A stretch of DNA of 64,000 nucleotides, from positions 95,294,001-95,358,000 of the forward strand of contig OZ320316.1 of assembly GCA_976226885.1 (NCBI GenBank), written 5' to 3'. The DNA is from Iphione sp. A-MEVVRFRX5 (Eukaryota). Below are positions 9,801 to 17,370 of the stretch, piece by piece. A model generated the notes under the pieces. That model was not told the DNA's origin and searched no databases. It was given only the letters and a program-made list of their open reading frames with translations. Each line of letters starts with the position of its first letter. The first letter of the stretch is position 1. The position numbers and the translations under genes are program-made.

Positions 9801-10117
9801 ACCGCTGGGCCTACCGTCGGCTGTTGGACACGCACGAGCCCCCACCCGAGGGGTGGGAGTGGGTCGCAGCCAACTCTCGGGTCAACTTCGAGCTGGAGGA
9901 GCCGCCGCATCGGGTCACCTTCAGCCACAGAATGGACTTGCGGTCGGAGGCTGAGGGCACCCGCCCTCAGGCGATCGTCGACTGGTATCAGGACCGGCAG
10001 AGCGGGCATCCGTGTCCTCGAGGCCGGCTGGTCCATGAGGAGGCTACCTTGGCGTCGCGGGGGCGTCACAGCTCCTCCCTGTCGGCGGAAGAATCCTTCG
10101 TTCTGCAAGAACCGTGA
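3821..10117 (+). CDS. pol: Pol (protease, RT, RNase H, integrase) with about 900-aa C-terminal in-frame extension
   Basis: PR LVDTGA (D at 4031); RT YLDD (5261-5272); RH DASAGGIGAVL (5708); IN HHCC (6377-6500), D 6584, D 6764, E 6872 (D-35-E), GPY/F-like WSGPW (about 7286-7300); the frame continues without a stop to TGA 10115-10117. Confidence 0.95.
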   Translation, partial: KRSGGRSPEVGRAAATHADAASGELEDHLRKIDILDGNWQEVVLEGDPERLKRGIVIPSRVSGVEAQWLVDTGASLTLLSEEIAQAAGMQTLSPVEGRVLCADGSPLRVQGKVEIQVDFGSVELEVQALVANIDCDAILGLDMLRRWYATLDMRNPGLRIWLPRTSAWEEWKVCLVQDGTVKARSVESAEAVICGAGRMDADILVEGTEEFEARTGLRVARALWPAGARKGTVQLFNPGGTELPVRQGAVIGRAAGAQEVQPGPGPRGSAPRVAPPELMDGLPESLTPEERQMVEGMLQANAEVFQKEGEPLGSTDWLYHRIDTQGHPPIRQRVRRLPPEKRKIVQAEVESMVKKGVLEPSTSPWASPVVLVKKKDGTWRFCIDYRSLNRVTKKDAYPLPRIDDTLDALEGATYFSAIDLAAGYWQVQLEPQDREKTAVCTASGLYQFRVMPFGLCNAPSTFERLMEAVLRGLVGQTCLVYLDDVIVIGRTVQEMVERLDQVFGRLTAAGLKVKPSKCQLFRREVSYLGHRVSAEGVGPDPAKIEAIQDWPAPRCLTELRSFVGLCSYYRSFVRGFATITAPLNALLAKDAEYRWSEDCQQAFDELKQSLTSAPVLGYPRPEGRLHLDTDASAGGIGAVLSQEQDGKERVLAYASRTLTRPEKNYCVTRRELLAVVFGLRKFRPYLGGQHVEIRTDHNSLRWLCNFREPEGQLARWLEEIYTYDLDIVHRPGKQHGNADGLSRVECPQCGRRESPGQVAAVRGASSMGRGELLRAQQQETLTKGLLEALEEGRAEPPPTGPVTWEERRLLSEWPRLSVRGGLLHRRWETEDGSPRFQVYVPRTLRRSLWQEVHAGALGGHLGSRKTEGAVRLRYFWPGLTRDLETWGRACPECQQVKDPSTRKRAPLQGRVIPGPWEFVAVDVCGPFPETPRGNRYIIVIADHFTKWTEAFATPDATAETTARVLLREVVCRFGPPRTLHSDQGRNFESAVFRELLSLLGIQKSRTTPYHPQSDGVVERFNRTLVKMLAATVDEDQSDWDERLPMVMAAYRSTPHQATGYTPNLLMLQRETTLPVELLFGAPVDAPTPREELVETCRTRLVEAHGLVRRRLQRAARRQKDWYDQRVRPQSYREGAQVWLFSPAKTKGRSPKLEKHWSGPWTVLARLSEVIYRLSRGKKRRVVHADLIKPMFPSQESVQVEGRAQSVGWAARREHEPRKGSGGVWTRSGSGPLRSPETPSVRSTPQANHRRAESPRSLYKKDRVRSTTLSSSTAADRGASTHAEHARAEYEPYSAPPERKVLKDEVRSPTPIRLAAADRGTSIETTVDAEQGRCSARAELRHYSARVEHWCCSARTELADYSARHDSARTQHRDCSARTGGTMAGCRFHCSECDYSSDRHANLLRHLEVHGNRGFGRVCPAPECHLKAFRRRDDFRRHLERKHSGGEGHPLMLGQTVDVQYLEYSQSAPFVAVTLPVPADKQEEFERLKKKEEYERRKELAIMRGVDPPSPPRGRRPSTKTRRPSAAVGKAPADARPPGGEAVTGGRGEPRPSTSGQPTSKDPRPPPSKQVTIREPARVTTREATPAPAPPRPAGLPPKGRQVGARPTAAEASTQPKAPPAVQRLVTAETISSTGSPTPSMRGARLDAGTPGTRIQLWGLDHSANTTPSDLSLTPQLIEAARRSEMRQRERARGQEAEPQEDTPGQTKRRRSAWASPPAGSPPTPGRDWSPAEGGKDAEQQPRGRKRTPRTPRTIAASTRVTRSQSRASTTPGSTITDLSQDAREVERRLGFAWTPARPTEVVVTSEEEGGDDGTTAVAGAQEGQRDPRASTPLPSAGAQATQGTQQEVPPPRGASSCRAETGRKVPSPVQEEWVYTEADEAGDDDMGEVPTLEPPQTSLGVTVSTVDFPGTSEDAGTSGGSQAPSAGAEAAPPPPADGAPQREEAEEAVSSSGHPSSAADEEEEHDGGQDERGDESLQRPTENRRTTVRGSPVHRWAYRRLLDTHEPPPEGWEWVAANSRVNFELEEPPHRVTFSHRMDLRSEAEGTRPQAIVDWYQDRQSGHPCPRGRLVHEEATLASRGRHSSSLSAEESFVLQEP
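7516..7947. repeat. GCGGAG/CTCCGC motif array between integrase and the zinc fingers
   Basis: 15 copies: forward 7516, 7540, 7571, 7609, 7647, 7679, 7735, 7829; reverse 7696, 7819, 7846, 7873, 7900, 7915, 7942. Confidence 0.92.
7590..7628 (+). promoter_or_regulatory. Candidate internal promoter duplicating the LTR core promoter
   Basis: TGTATAAAA (7590-7598), gcGTGCGGAG (7607-7614, same +15 offset from TATA as in the LTR) and TCAGTT (7623-7628); the first ATG downstream is 7964. Confidence 0.65.
7964..10117 (+). CDS. ORF3: putative 717-aa C2H2 zinc-finger protein (in frame with pol); not an Env
   Basis: gcaccATGg Kozak context; fingers FHCSECDYSSDRHANLLRHLEVH and VCPAPECHLKAFRRRDDFRRHLERKH (7979-8146); charged helix; long P/S/T/A/E/R low-complexity region; basic clusters TKRRR and RGRKR; Trp-rich C-terminal about 110 aa; no signal peptide or transmembrane segment seen. 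Confidence 0.7.
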   Translation: MAGCRFHCSECDYSSDRHANLLRHLEVHGNRGFGRVCPAPECHLKAFRRRDDFRRHLERKHSGGEGHPLMLGQTVDVQYLEYSQSAPFVAVTLPVPADKQEEFERLKKKEEYERRKELAIMRGVDPPSPPRGRRPSTKTRRPSAAVGKAPADARPPGGEAVTGGRGEPRPSTSGQPTSKDPRPPPSKQVTIREPARVTTREATPAPAPPRPAGLPPKGRQVGARPTAAEASTQPKAPPAVQRLVTAETISSTGSPTPSMRGARLDAGTPGTRIQLWGLDHSANTTPSDLSLTPQLIEAARRSEMRQRERARGQEAEPQEDTPGQTKRRRSAWASPPAGSPPTPGRDWSPAEGGKDAEQQPRGRKRTPRTPRTIAASTRVTRSQSRASTTPGSTITDLSQDAREVERRLGFAWTPARPTEVVVTSEEEGGDDGTTAVAGAQEGQRDPRASTPLPSAGAQATQGTQQEVPPPRGASSCRAETGRKVPSPVQEEWVYTEADEAGDDDMGEVPTLEPPQTSLGVTVSTVDFPGTSEDAGTSGGSQAPSAGAEAAPPPPADGAPQREEAEEAVSSSGHPSSAADEEEEHDGGQDERGDESLQRPTENRRTTVRGSPVHRWAYRRLLDTHEPPPEGWEWVAANSRVNFELEEPPHRVTFSHRMDLRSEAEGTRPQAIVDWYQDRQSGHPCPRGRLVHEEATLASRGRHSSSLSAEESFVLQEP

Positions 10118-10206
10118 GCACGACTTCCCCCCCAGTATAGGGAAGGGGAGAGTTTGATAGGGGCTTGCCCCCCACCTTACATCAGTTTTCAAGTTACAGC
10201 TGGGAG

Positions 10207-10432
10207 CCTGTACTGGCCTCCTCATTACTCTTTGCAGTTCAAGTTTGGCCTGTACTGGCCCCCTTTTTCTTGTTGGGAACCTGTCTTGGTTTCCCCTGTT
10301 ACTAGTTCACTTTGGAGCCTGTACTGGCTCATATGTTGTTGGACCTGTACTGGTCTTTTGCATTTCAAATGTCAGGCACCTGTACTGGTGTCTTTGCCCT
10401 CCCTAGTCAGTAAGCAGAGAAGCCTGTATTGG
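10207..10432 (+). repeat. CCTGTACTGG dispersed repeat in the element 3' UTR
   Basis: Exact copies at 10207, 10249, 10318, 10344, 10379; variants at 10280 (CCTGTCTTGG) and 10423 (CCTGTATTGG). Confidence 0.9.
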
Positions 10433-10545
10433 TTTGCTCTTTCTCTTCACTAGTTATAGTTCCACCCCAGTCCAGGAGGTGAGAATATAAGTACAACAAG
10501 GTAGTGGTTAGATAAGTTTTATTGAGCTCGGGGACCGAGCTTTTC

Positions 10546-10559
10546 AAGGGAGGGGATAG
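10546..10559 (+). other. Polypurine tract
   Basis: AAGGGAGGGGATAG immediately 5' of the 3' LTR. Confidence 0.9.
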
Positions 10560-10774
10560 TGTTGTGCGGAGCAGTAATATACTCCGCACCGAGTTACTCA
10601 GCACGCTGAGCATGTATGTAAGTTACTCCTCACGTTGGCTCCGCACGATATGACTGTATGTATAAAAGCAAGTGCGTGCGGAGTTTAGTTCAGTTGCGTT
10701 CTTACCTCTCAGCAATAAACATCTAAACCTTACTTGGGAGTCTGCCTCCAGTATGTTAAGGTCTGGCCGTAACA
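10560..10774 (+). repeat. 3' LTR (215 bp)
   Basis: Direct repeat of 2165-2379, preceded by the PPT and followed by TSD ATAC; AATAAA at 10714-10719. Confidence 0.98.
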
Positions 10775-11107
10775 ATACCTTTTTAACAGTTATTTTCTAT
10801 TTGCACCGCTTATGTCATTTAGTGCAACATATGCATACTTAGGAATTAGCAAGTGTAACTCCTCAGCCATTATTGAGGAAATTTGGTCAATGTACAAACC
10901 ACAGAGAAGCAGGTGGTTATTTCTACTCAGTTTGGCGGCCGTAATGAGGCAACATTGATTAAAATGGTCTAGACTCCCTGTACAGACATTATCATTATTA
11001 AAGAAACACAACAACGCTATATTAACTATAAGCATTAGCACCATATTACTCATTAGTGATTGGTTACAATGTTGTAACAATAAGACAAATTATGACAGAA
11101 TTATGAT

Positions 11108-11800
11108 ATTGAATTGAATTGAACTGAATGTTTATTGATCTTCTCATACACATTATGAGTTGTCCTAGATCAATAGGAGGTGCAGGTAACAAATAAAGTG
11201 CAATGAATGGAAAAATGTCAAGAGACAGGTAAGTATGCATATGTGGTGCGTTTACAAAGCATATAATGTACTCGGCTAATGACAAGTCTAGCGCCTCTTC
11301 ATAAACTTACTGTTAGCAGAACTTTACACCAGTGACTTGTGAGACAAGTAAGTTAAAAAAAAAGATGGTTTTCATATGGATGCTTGAGTAGTAGCAATGC
11401 AGCATGTCTGAGATATTTATTCCACTATGATGACATAAAAGCCTGAAGAATAATTAATGATGAAGGATAATGTGATTAAATCGCCCCGCGGTTATATACT
11501 GAAATAGGGCATTGTAGATGTGATTCAGGAAACCAGCAGGAATGAAGTGATGAATGAACGGATGAACTCAGCTGTTGGTTATAAACCACATTGGAACTGC
11601 AAACGTTACGATCACCAGATCCTTTATGAGCAAAGTTCTGTTAGAAAAACCTTGGCCATTCCGTTCTCTAAAGGCTGCTCTGTTTCTTATTTCATTCTAT
11701 ACCACCCTCTCTTTCTCATACTCTCACGTAGAGGTTTCCTTCTTACGTCTGTAAAAGTCGTTATATATGCTTTATATGCCTTGGTTACAAATTTTCCACA
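11108..11800 (-). mobile_element. Decayed LINE 3' end with (TTCAA)n tail
   Basis: Minus-strand AATAAA (11131-11136) followed by 4 pentamer units (11108-11127); the upstream boundary is approximate and no intact ORF remains. Confidence 0.4.
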
Positions 11801-14800
11801 TTATTTGTTCATACATGTGCGATTATAAACAGTGATATCATGTAGTACGTGTATACGTATCCCTTACGGCAGAAGTCCATGTTCTAAAAAGAGAATAAGA
11901 TATATTTCCTAAGTTCCGATGAATGAGTGTAAAGAGTATAACCCCGTTGCCTCTACCAACCGTACCATTCTTTCTGTCGTCGTCTTTCAGCCTTCACGTC
12001 TTTCTATAGTCCTTTGTCTGTTTTTGCCCGACATGGTTTCCTTTTTTCTCTGAATGGAAATGGAAACAGATGTTCTTGTCACGTGACACACAGCCTGCCC
12101 TCCTCCACCAATGAGCGACGAGCCCTACACCTGCCTGCCCCCTGCCGGTCAGTGCAAGAAGTGGCCCTGGTGTCAAATCAATGCCATCGATCGTCAAAGG
12201 ACTGCCAGTGAGAGGGGCAGTTGAAGGGTAAAGCGACGGGGGCAGGGGTGTATTTGGGAGGGTTACGTTGGCAACCAGCGGGGCCATATAGATGAATGTG
12301 TGTGTGTGAGAGGGAGAGAGGGAGGGAGGGAGAGCGATTGCTATTTTCTTGTATTTTTGGTCACTTTTAAGGCTCATAGTGTTACTATTTGATGGTTCCC
12401 GTGGGCCTCATCTCCTCTACCACCTTACAACCCTACATCTCTTCTCATTAACCACTAACTCGGCGTCGTGACTGTCCTTCTAGCCCACCTTTTTGTAGAA
12501 TCCATCAAGGTCCATCCAAGGACTACATATACATGTACTCTGATCTTATTTCGTCAGACCACCAACATATTGTAAAGCGCACTTTACCCACGGCCTTTTT
12601 TTTAATGTAATCTATCCCTTCTATTCAGCTTCGGGATGAAGACCTTTATTTCAACTATCAAGCCCAAATTATTACACAGTGTTGTTTAGTGTTATTTTTA
12701 TCTAGGTTCTCAACTGGGGCCCGAAACTAAGGCTGACTAGCCTAGAGCGCCACAACAGACAGTTCGAAACGCCTACATATATTAATATTACCCTTTTGGG
12801 ACCATTTTACCTGCGCTTATTCTCATTTGTCTCTTTTGATGGACCTTATCTTCGTTGTGGGCGTGTACGGTACCCTCTCTGTTTTATTTTTTTACCTCGC
12901 TTGTGTTCGCTCATCGTATCTCATCACCTTAATCTCTCTTTCCGTTGGTATTTATCTACCTCACTCTTTTGTATAACCTACTAGATAGTATCTACCACAT
13001 GTCTCTACTTCCGCTGGTCATCGTATCATTCTTCTCAATCTCCAGAGCAATTTTCTCTTCTTCTATCTCTATCGCCCTCTCCCTCGCCATTTAATTCCAT
13101 TTATTACCTAACCTACTTTGTAATACCCCTGTCTTTCCCATGCCTCTAAATCTATCCATGCTCTCTGCTTTGTAATTCACTGAAGTAACCTTGGTCAACC
13201 TCACCTGAGCTCTATATTCGAGTCTAGGCCTCTCTGTTCGTCTCTCCTCCTATCATAGGTGTCTTCTTACACATTGGCTTCCCTCCTTGACTAATTTACC
13301 ATGTACTGTACCTCTCCTGCTGATCCTCTCTATCTTCTTCCTTTGTCAATCTTTGTTCTTTTCTCTCTTCTTCTGTCTCACTTCTCTCTGTGTATCGCAA
13401 TCATGCTACTTACACTGTGATCTTTATCCTTCTTCCTTTTTCCTTTGTAAACTACTATTTCCATCATTCTATAGTCTGTCTTTGCCCGTAGCCCCAACCA
13501 TCTGACTCACCCGCTCTGTCTCCTCTCCACTCTAAAGCGCCTTTTATTGCCTCTTGATTTCGCCCAGCTACCAGCTTCGTCTATCTGCTAGACTAGAAAT
13601 ATTTGGACTAAGGTCGAGTCCGTCACTTGAGCTGTGATTGGTGTCAGTCTTTGATCCTAGATGGCACAGTTGCATGCCTGTAGGCCTATTATCCACTCTT
13701 TGTGTACCGCTGGATGTATGGGTCTGTTATATGCCTCGGGCCAGAATAGTAATAAAGATAAACATGATAACAACTTCCCAGCGGAATATGGACTACCAAT
13801 TAAATTGGGACAAATCTGGACTGATGGACCATTTTTGTTGTTTTGTCCCTGTTCTTTCTTTCGTTCCTTTTAAATAAACACTTCTTAGAAAGCTGATTGA
13901 ACTACCTTTCTCTCATTCTTTTGTTCCCTGCTCACTTAAACCATCTTGACGGCGATTTATGCCCCCTTCTTATGTTTCATCTACGATTGATGTACTAACA
14001 TGACAACAATGACGGCCAAGGTCACCTAGGTCATTCACACTGCTGTACTGCACCATGGTAACACTAGCATATGAAAGGAGAACTATGTGCCATGGTAACA
14101 TTAGTATTCGAAAGAAGAACTATCTTCCTTTCAGCGTACATGTATATAGGCTCTGCAGTGATGCAGACCACCACTCTACGTATCCTCTTCCCACTCTTTC
14201 GCTACCTCTCTGTGCGCCCTAGGTGTTTCTTTCTCGTCAGTCTTTGTCTCTGTCTATATCTCAGTCCCTGTTGCTCCCGCTGTGTCCGCCGTTTCATCTG
14301 TCCGCTTCTACCTCCTCCATTTCTTTTCTCTTCTATCAATACATACATGTTTTTCTGCCCATTACCTTGCTTCTCAATGTTTCTTATTTCCCGTTAGATT
14401 TTTCACTTTTCCTCTGTCGCATTCCCTCTGTGTTGCCTGCTGAAGATCTCTGTTTATCTGTCTGTCTGTATCTCACCCTCGTTGTCTCTCTTTTTACTCT
14501 TCCTCTCTACATAAATCTGTCCGTTTCGTCCTTTTTACTCCTTGGATCTCAGTATGCATCATAATCCGATCCTAGTTCTCGTTTACCTCGGACCTTCTGC
14601 CCCCTATTTCGCTCATCCTCTTAAAGTACACCCTTGCGCTAGTCGCCGCAGTCTTGGTATTTTATCGTGAGTGCATCATCGTGACACTCCAGTCAATACG
14701 GAACCCAGGATGTTACTGAACGGCCATTATCACATATCACTATTCCACAAGGCAGCTAGGCACGAAGGTCATTGTCTCCGACCACGCCTGGCGCCTTTTC

Positions 14801-14983
14801 CACCACCCTACCAGCCACCATCCACCATCCACCACAGTGGCCACACTCATCATGAATACGATCACTAGCACCATTGACAATTCTGCCATGGCGGTCACCC
14901 CTGCCACCAGTCTTTCCAGTACCAGGATGATGATAGCGATCACCGACACCGTAATTACAACCACCTGTATCGTCATCACACCC

Positions 14984-15118
14984 NNNNNNNNNNNNNNNNN
15001 NNNNNNNNNNNNNNNNNNNNNNNNNNNNNNNNNNNNNNNNNNNNNNNNNNNNNNNNNNNNNNNNNNNNNNNNNNNNNNNNNNNNNNNNNNNNNNNNNNNN
15101 NNNNNNNNNNNNNNNNNN
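14984..15118. other. Assembly gap (135 N) next to a degenerate CAC/CAT-rich repeat
   Basis: N run; flanked by ATC/ACC-type triplet repeats from about 14800. Confidence 0.97.
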
Positions 15119-15567
15119 ACACAACCACCATGATTTACTATGACATGGCAGGGACGCCTTCAGTGTCACCCCGCACCTCAGTAGGCGTTAACATTTCTGG
15201 ACATACCATTTTCCTCTAACTTCTCATCACTCGCTACAAACTGCTCTGACCATCACACAAACATCAGTCCACAACTAGACACCAAAATGGTCTTGGCCAG
15301 AAAATCTTCATCCCGAAGCCACAGTCTCTTTCACTCCAGCATGTTTAACTCAAGCTTATATCATTACCTTCACCAAAACCGCCAATTGCACCGACTACTT
15401 AGAGACGGTCGATAGAAGGCAGAAAACCCAGAGTTAACCGATACCACGCGAAAGGTCCAGCCGGTGCACATCGATTTGTGATGACGAGAGAGACTACGTT
15501 AGGAGCAAATTCAGGGTCAGACGTCAATGTAAGAACCCGCTAGTTATCAGGACACACCAGAAATGGG

Positions 15568-15568
15568 T

Positions 15569-15600
<32 letters not shown>

Positions 15601-15615
15601 CTCCCTCTCTGTTTC
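15568..15615. repeat. (CT)n microsatellite
   Basis: Run of CT dinucleotides. Confidence 0.9.
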
Positions 15616-16131
15616 TCCCTGCATTTCTCTTACTTGCTATTTTCACTGCCAGCTGTTTCAATAGGGAGGCTTCGGAGTTCAAGGACACCCTATTATCACC
15701 CACCAACATCTGACAGTGTGGAGAAGGAACGTCCTATGGAAAATCATTTGTTTTAAAAAAAAATCTAAGGATTTAAAACAAATCCCTTGGCAAAGTAATA
15801 GAATAGATACATATGCACAACATGTTCTATATTTTTCTTCCTTTAGTATGTGCAGATTTTGAGTGATGAATATGAACATTGGTGGGCACTGCAGTTGTTT
15901 CATTTGGTGTTTACCCTACCACTAAAATCAATCTTCTCTTATAGATTGTTAGAAACACACTTATCTGATTTGCACATATTTACTACCATCTGAAAGATGA
16001 ATTTCATGGGCTTGATAAATGTTGAAAGCATTTGTCTGTATCATAATCAGTGTTGCCGTAATGAGCAAGGGTAGCAGGTTGACTCGGCCGCCGATACAGG
16101 AGCGGGAATGCGTCAGTAGGTGCCGAAGCGG

Positions 16132-16240
16132 TTAAGTGCGTTTTTTGATTGTTGTCAACAGGACTAAGCCCTGATGTCCAAGGCTGACATCCAAGACAGA
16201 GGGGTTTAGTTCTGATTACACAATCAAAAAACGGACTTAA
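16132..16240. mobile_element. Small fold-back element/MITE bounded by TTAA
   Basis: TTAAGTGCGTTTTTTGATTG ... CAATCAAAAAACGGACTTAA (19/20 inverted match) plus inner imperfect inverted repeats. Confidence 0.5.
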
Positions 16241-17244
16241 CCACCGTTCTGACGGCGAGGAATAATATTTTGAATCTAATTAGTCAGGCCCTACTCACGG
16301 GAGAGGGTGGCTTGCTACTGGCAGTTATTATTCCTTGCACTATTAGCTTTCAAATGACGTTTGTTGCATGAAAATCATCCTATTTTTAGTTTCTTTCTGC
16401 TGCCTTGTACAGGTGTTGAAGTATAAATGTCTAGGTGTACAGATTCATGGATTTAAAGAATGTGAGATGAGTTGGGCTAAACTGACAGCAGGTGAATTGG
16501 AAATGAAGGTCCACCGCTCCGATATGGCCATCCATTTTCTGATCAGCGATTAGGCCTACAATCGCAAATCCGAGACATTTCTACTAGGAAAAGAGACAAA
16601 CAAGTACACAGTTGAAAAGAGCAGAGCATTAGCTTTCAGAAAATTTAAGGTTTATGCTGATACAATGATTAGAAGTGAGACTAGCAATGATTTGTCAATG
16701 CACATACAATGTTAACACTGGCAGATGCCGGTGGGTGATAATGGGGCGTCCCAGGCCTCTAACTAGGTCATGAGACTTACCGGCCTTACATGACTTTATC
16801 ACTGCATCTATGTGAAGTCTTGAGATTTATCTCTTTCAAGTATTTTGTTTCATATTTCACCTACTTTCCATGAGAATATGTAGAAGGATGCGTTTCTTAT
16901 TAGGGTGAAATATCGATCTTTGGTAGGGGTTTAGAGCATTCTTGTAGAAAAATACGCTGTCCACCATTTTTTTTCAATTTTTGGCTGAGTATACATGCAT
17001 CATAGGTTCATGTGAACAGATAGTACAAAAAGAGATTACGTAGTTAATGTGCAGAGACAACTGGCCGAACTCGCTGAGTATGGAAACCTACGCAGATCTC
17101 GCCATTTGGGCTCAGTCTGCTTTGCTTTCCACACTTAGCTCGCCCGGCCGGCTGTATCTGCAAACTAACTACGCATTCTCTTAATACTACTGTGCGTTGG
17201 GCTGTGTTTGTGTTAAGTAATCGATCAAGGGCCATTAGTGAACA

Positions 17245-17370
17245 ACAGACCAAAAGCGGACCCAAACAGACCCAAACGGACCCGGCCTCAATTGAAACCT
17301 TACAAGAGATATCACTCTGTCAATAGAAACGGACCGAAACAGACTGAAAACGGACCGAAAACGCACGGAT
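17245..17370 (+). repeat. Short imperfect tandem repeat (AAAC(G/A)GAC(C/T), 10-11 bp unit)
   Basis: About 7 units in two blocks. Confidence 0.6.

Larger units (their letters stand above)
2165..10774 (+). mobile_element. Full-length Ty3/Gypsy LTR retrotransposon (8,610 bp) with an extra C2H2 zinc-finger region after integrase
   Basis: Two 215-bp direct repeats TGTT...AACA; flanking 4-bp TSD ATAC (2161-2164, 10775-10778); PBS and PPT; gag plus pol in PR-RT-RH-IN order (Gypsy order); no stop or frameshift lesion seen. Confidence 0.98.

Noticed and set aside
7964-10117. Third ORF as a retroviral-type env
   Set aside because: No signal peptide, fusion peptide or transmembrane anchor; it is hydrophilic and starts with C2H2 fingers.
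2335-10225. Many overlapping or antisense ORFs of 60-300 aa inside the retrotransposon (e.g. 8804-9682 minus, 9252-10157 plus)
   Set aside because: Expected shadows of GC-rich coding DNA; no recognisable motifs.
14050-14100. Two CCATGGTAAC RFX-like half sites
   Set aside because: No associated gene or transcript evidence in the window.
12780-14620. Phe/Leu/Ser-rich ORFs of 60-113 aa
   Set aside because: Artefacts of pyrimidine-rich low-complexity DNA.
14756-15169. ORFs spanning N runs (also 19560-19868)
   Set aside because: Open only because of assembly gaps.
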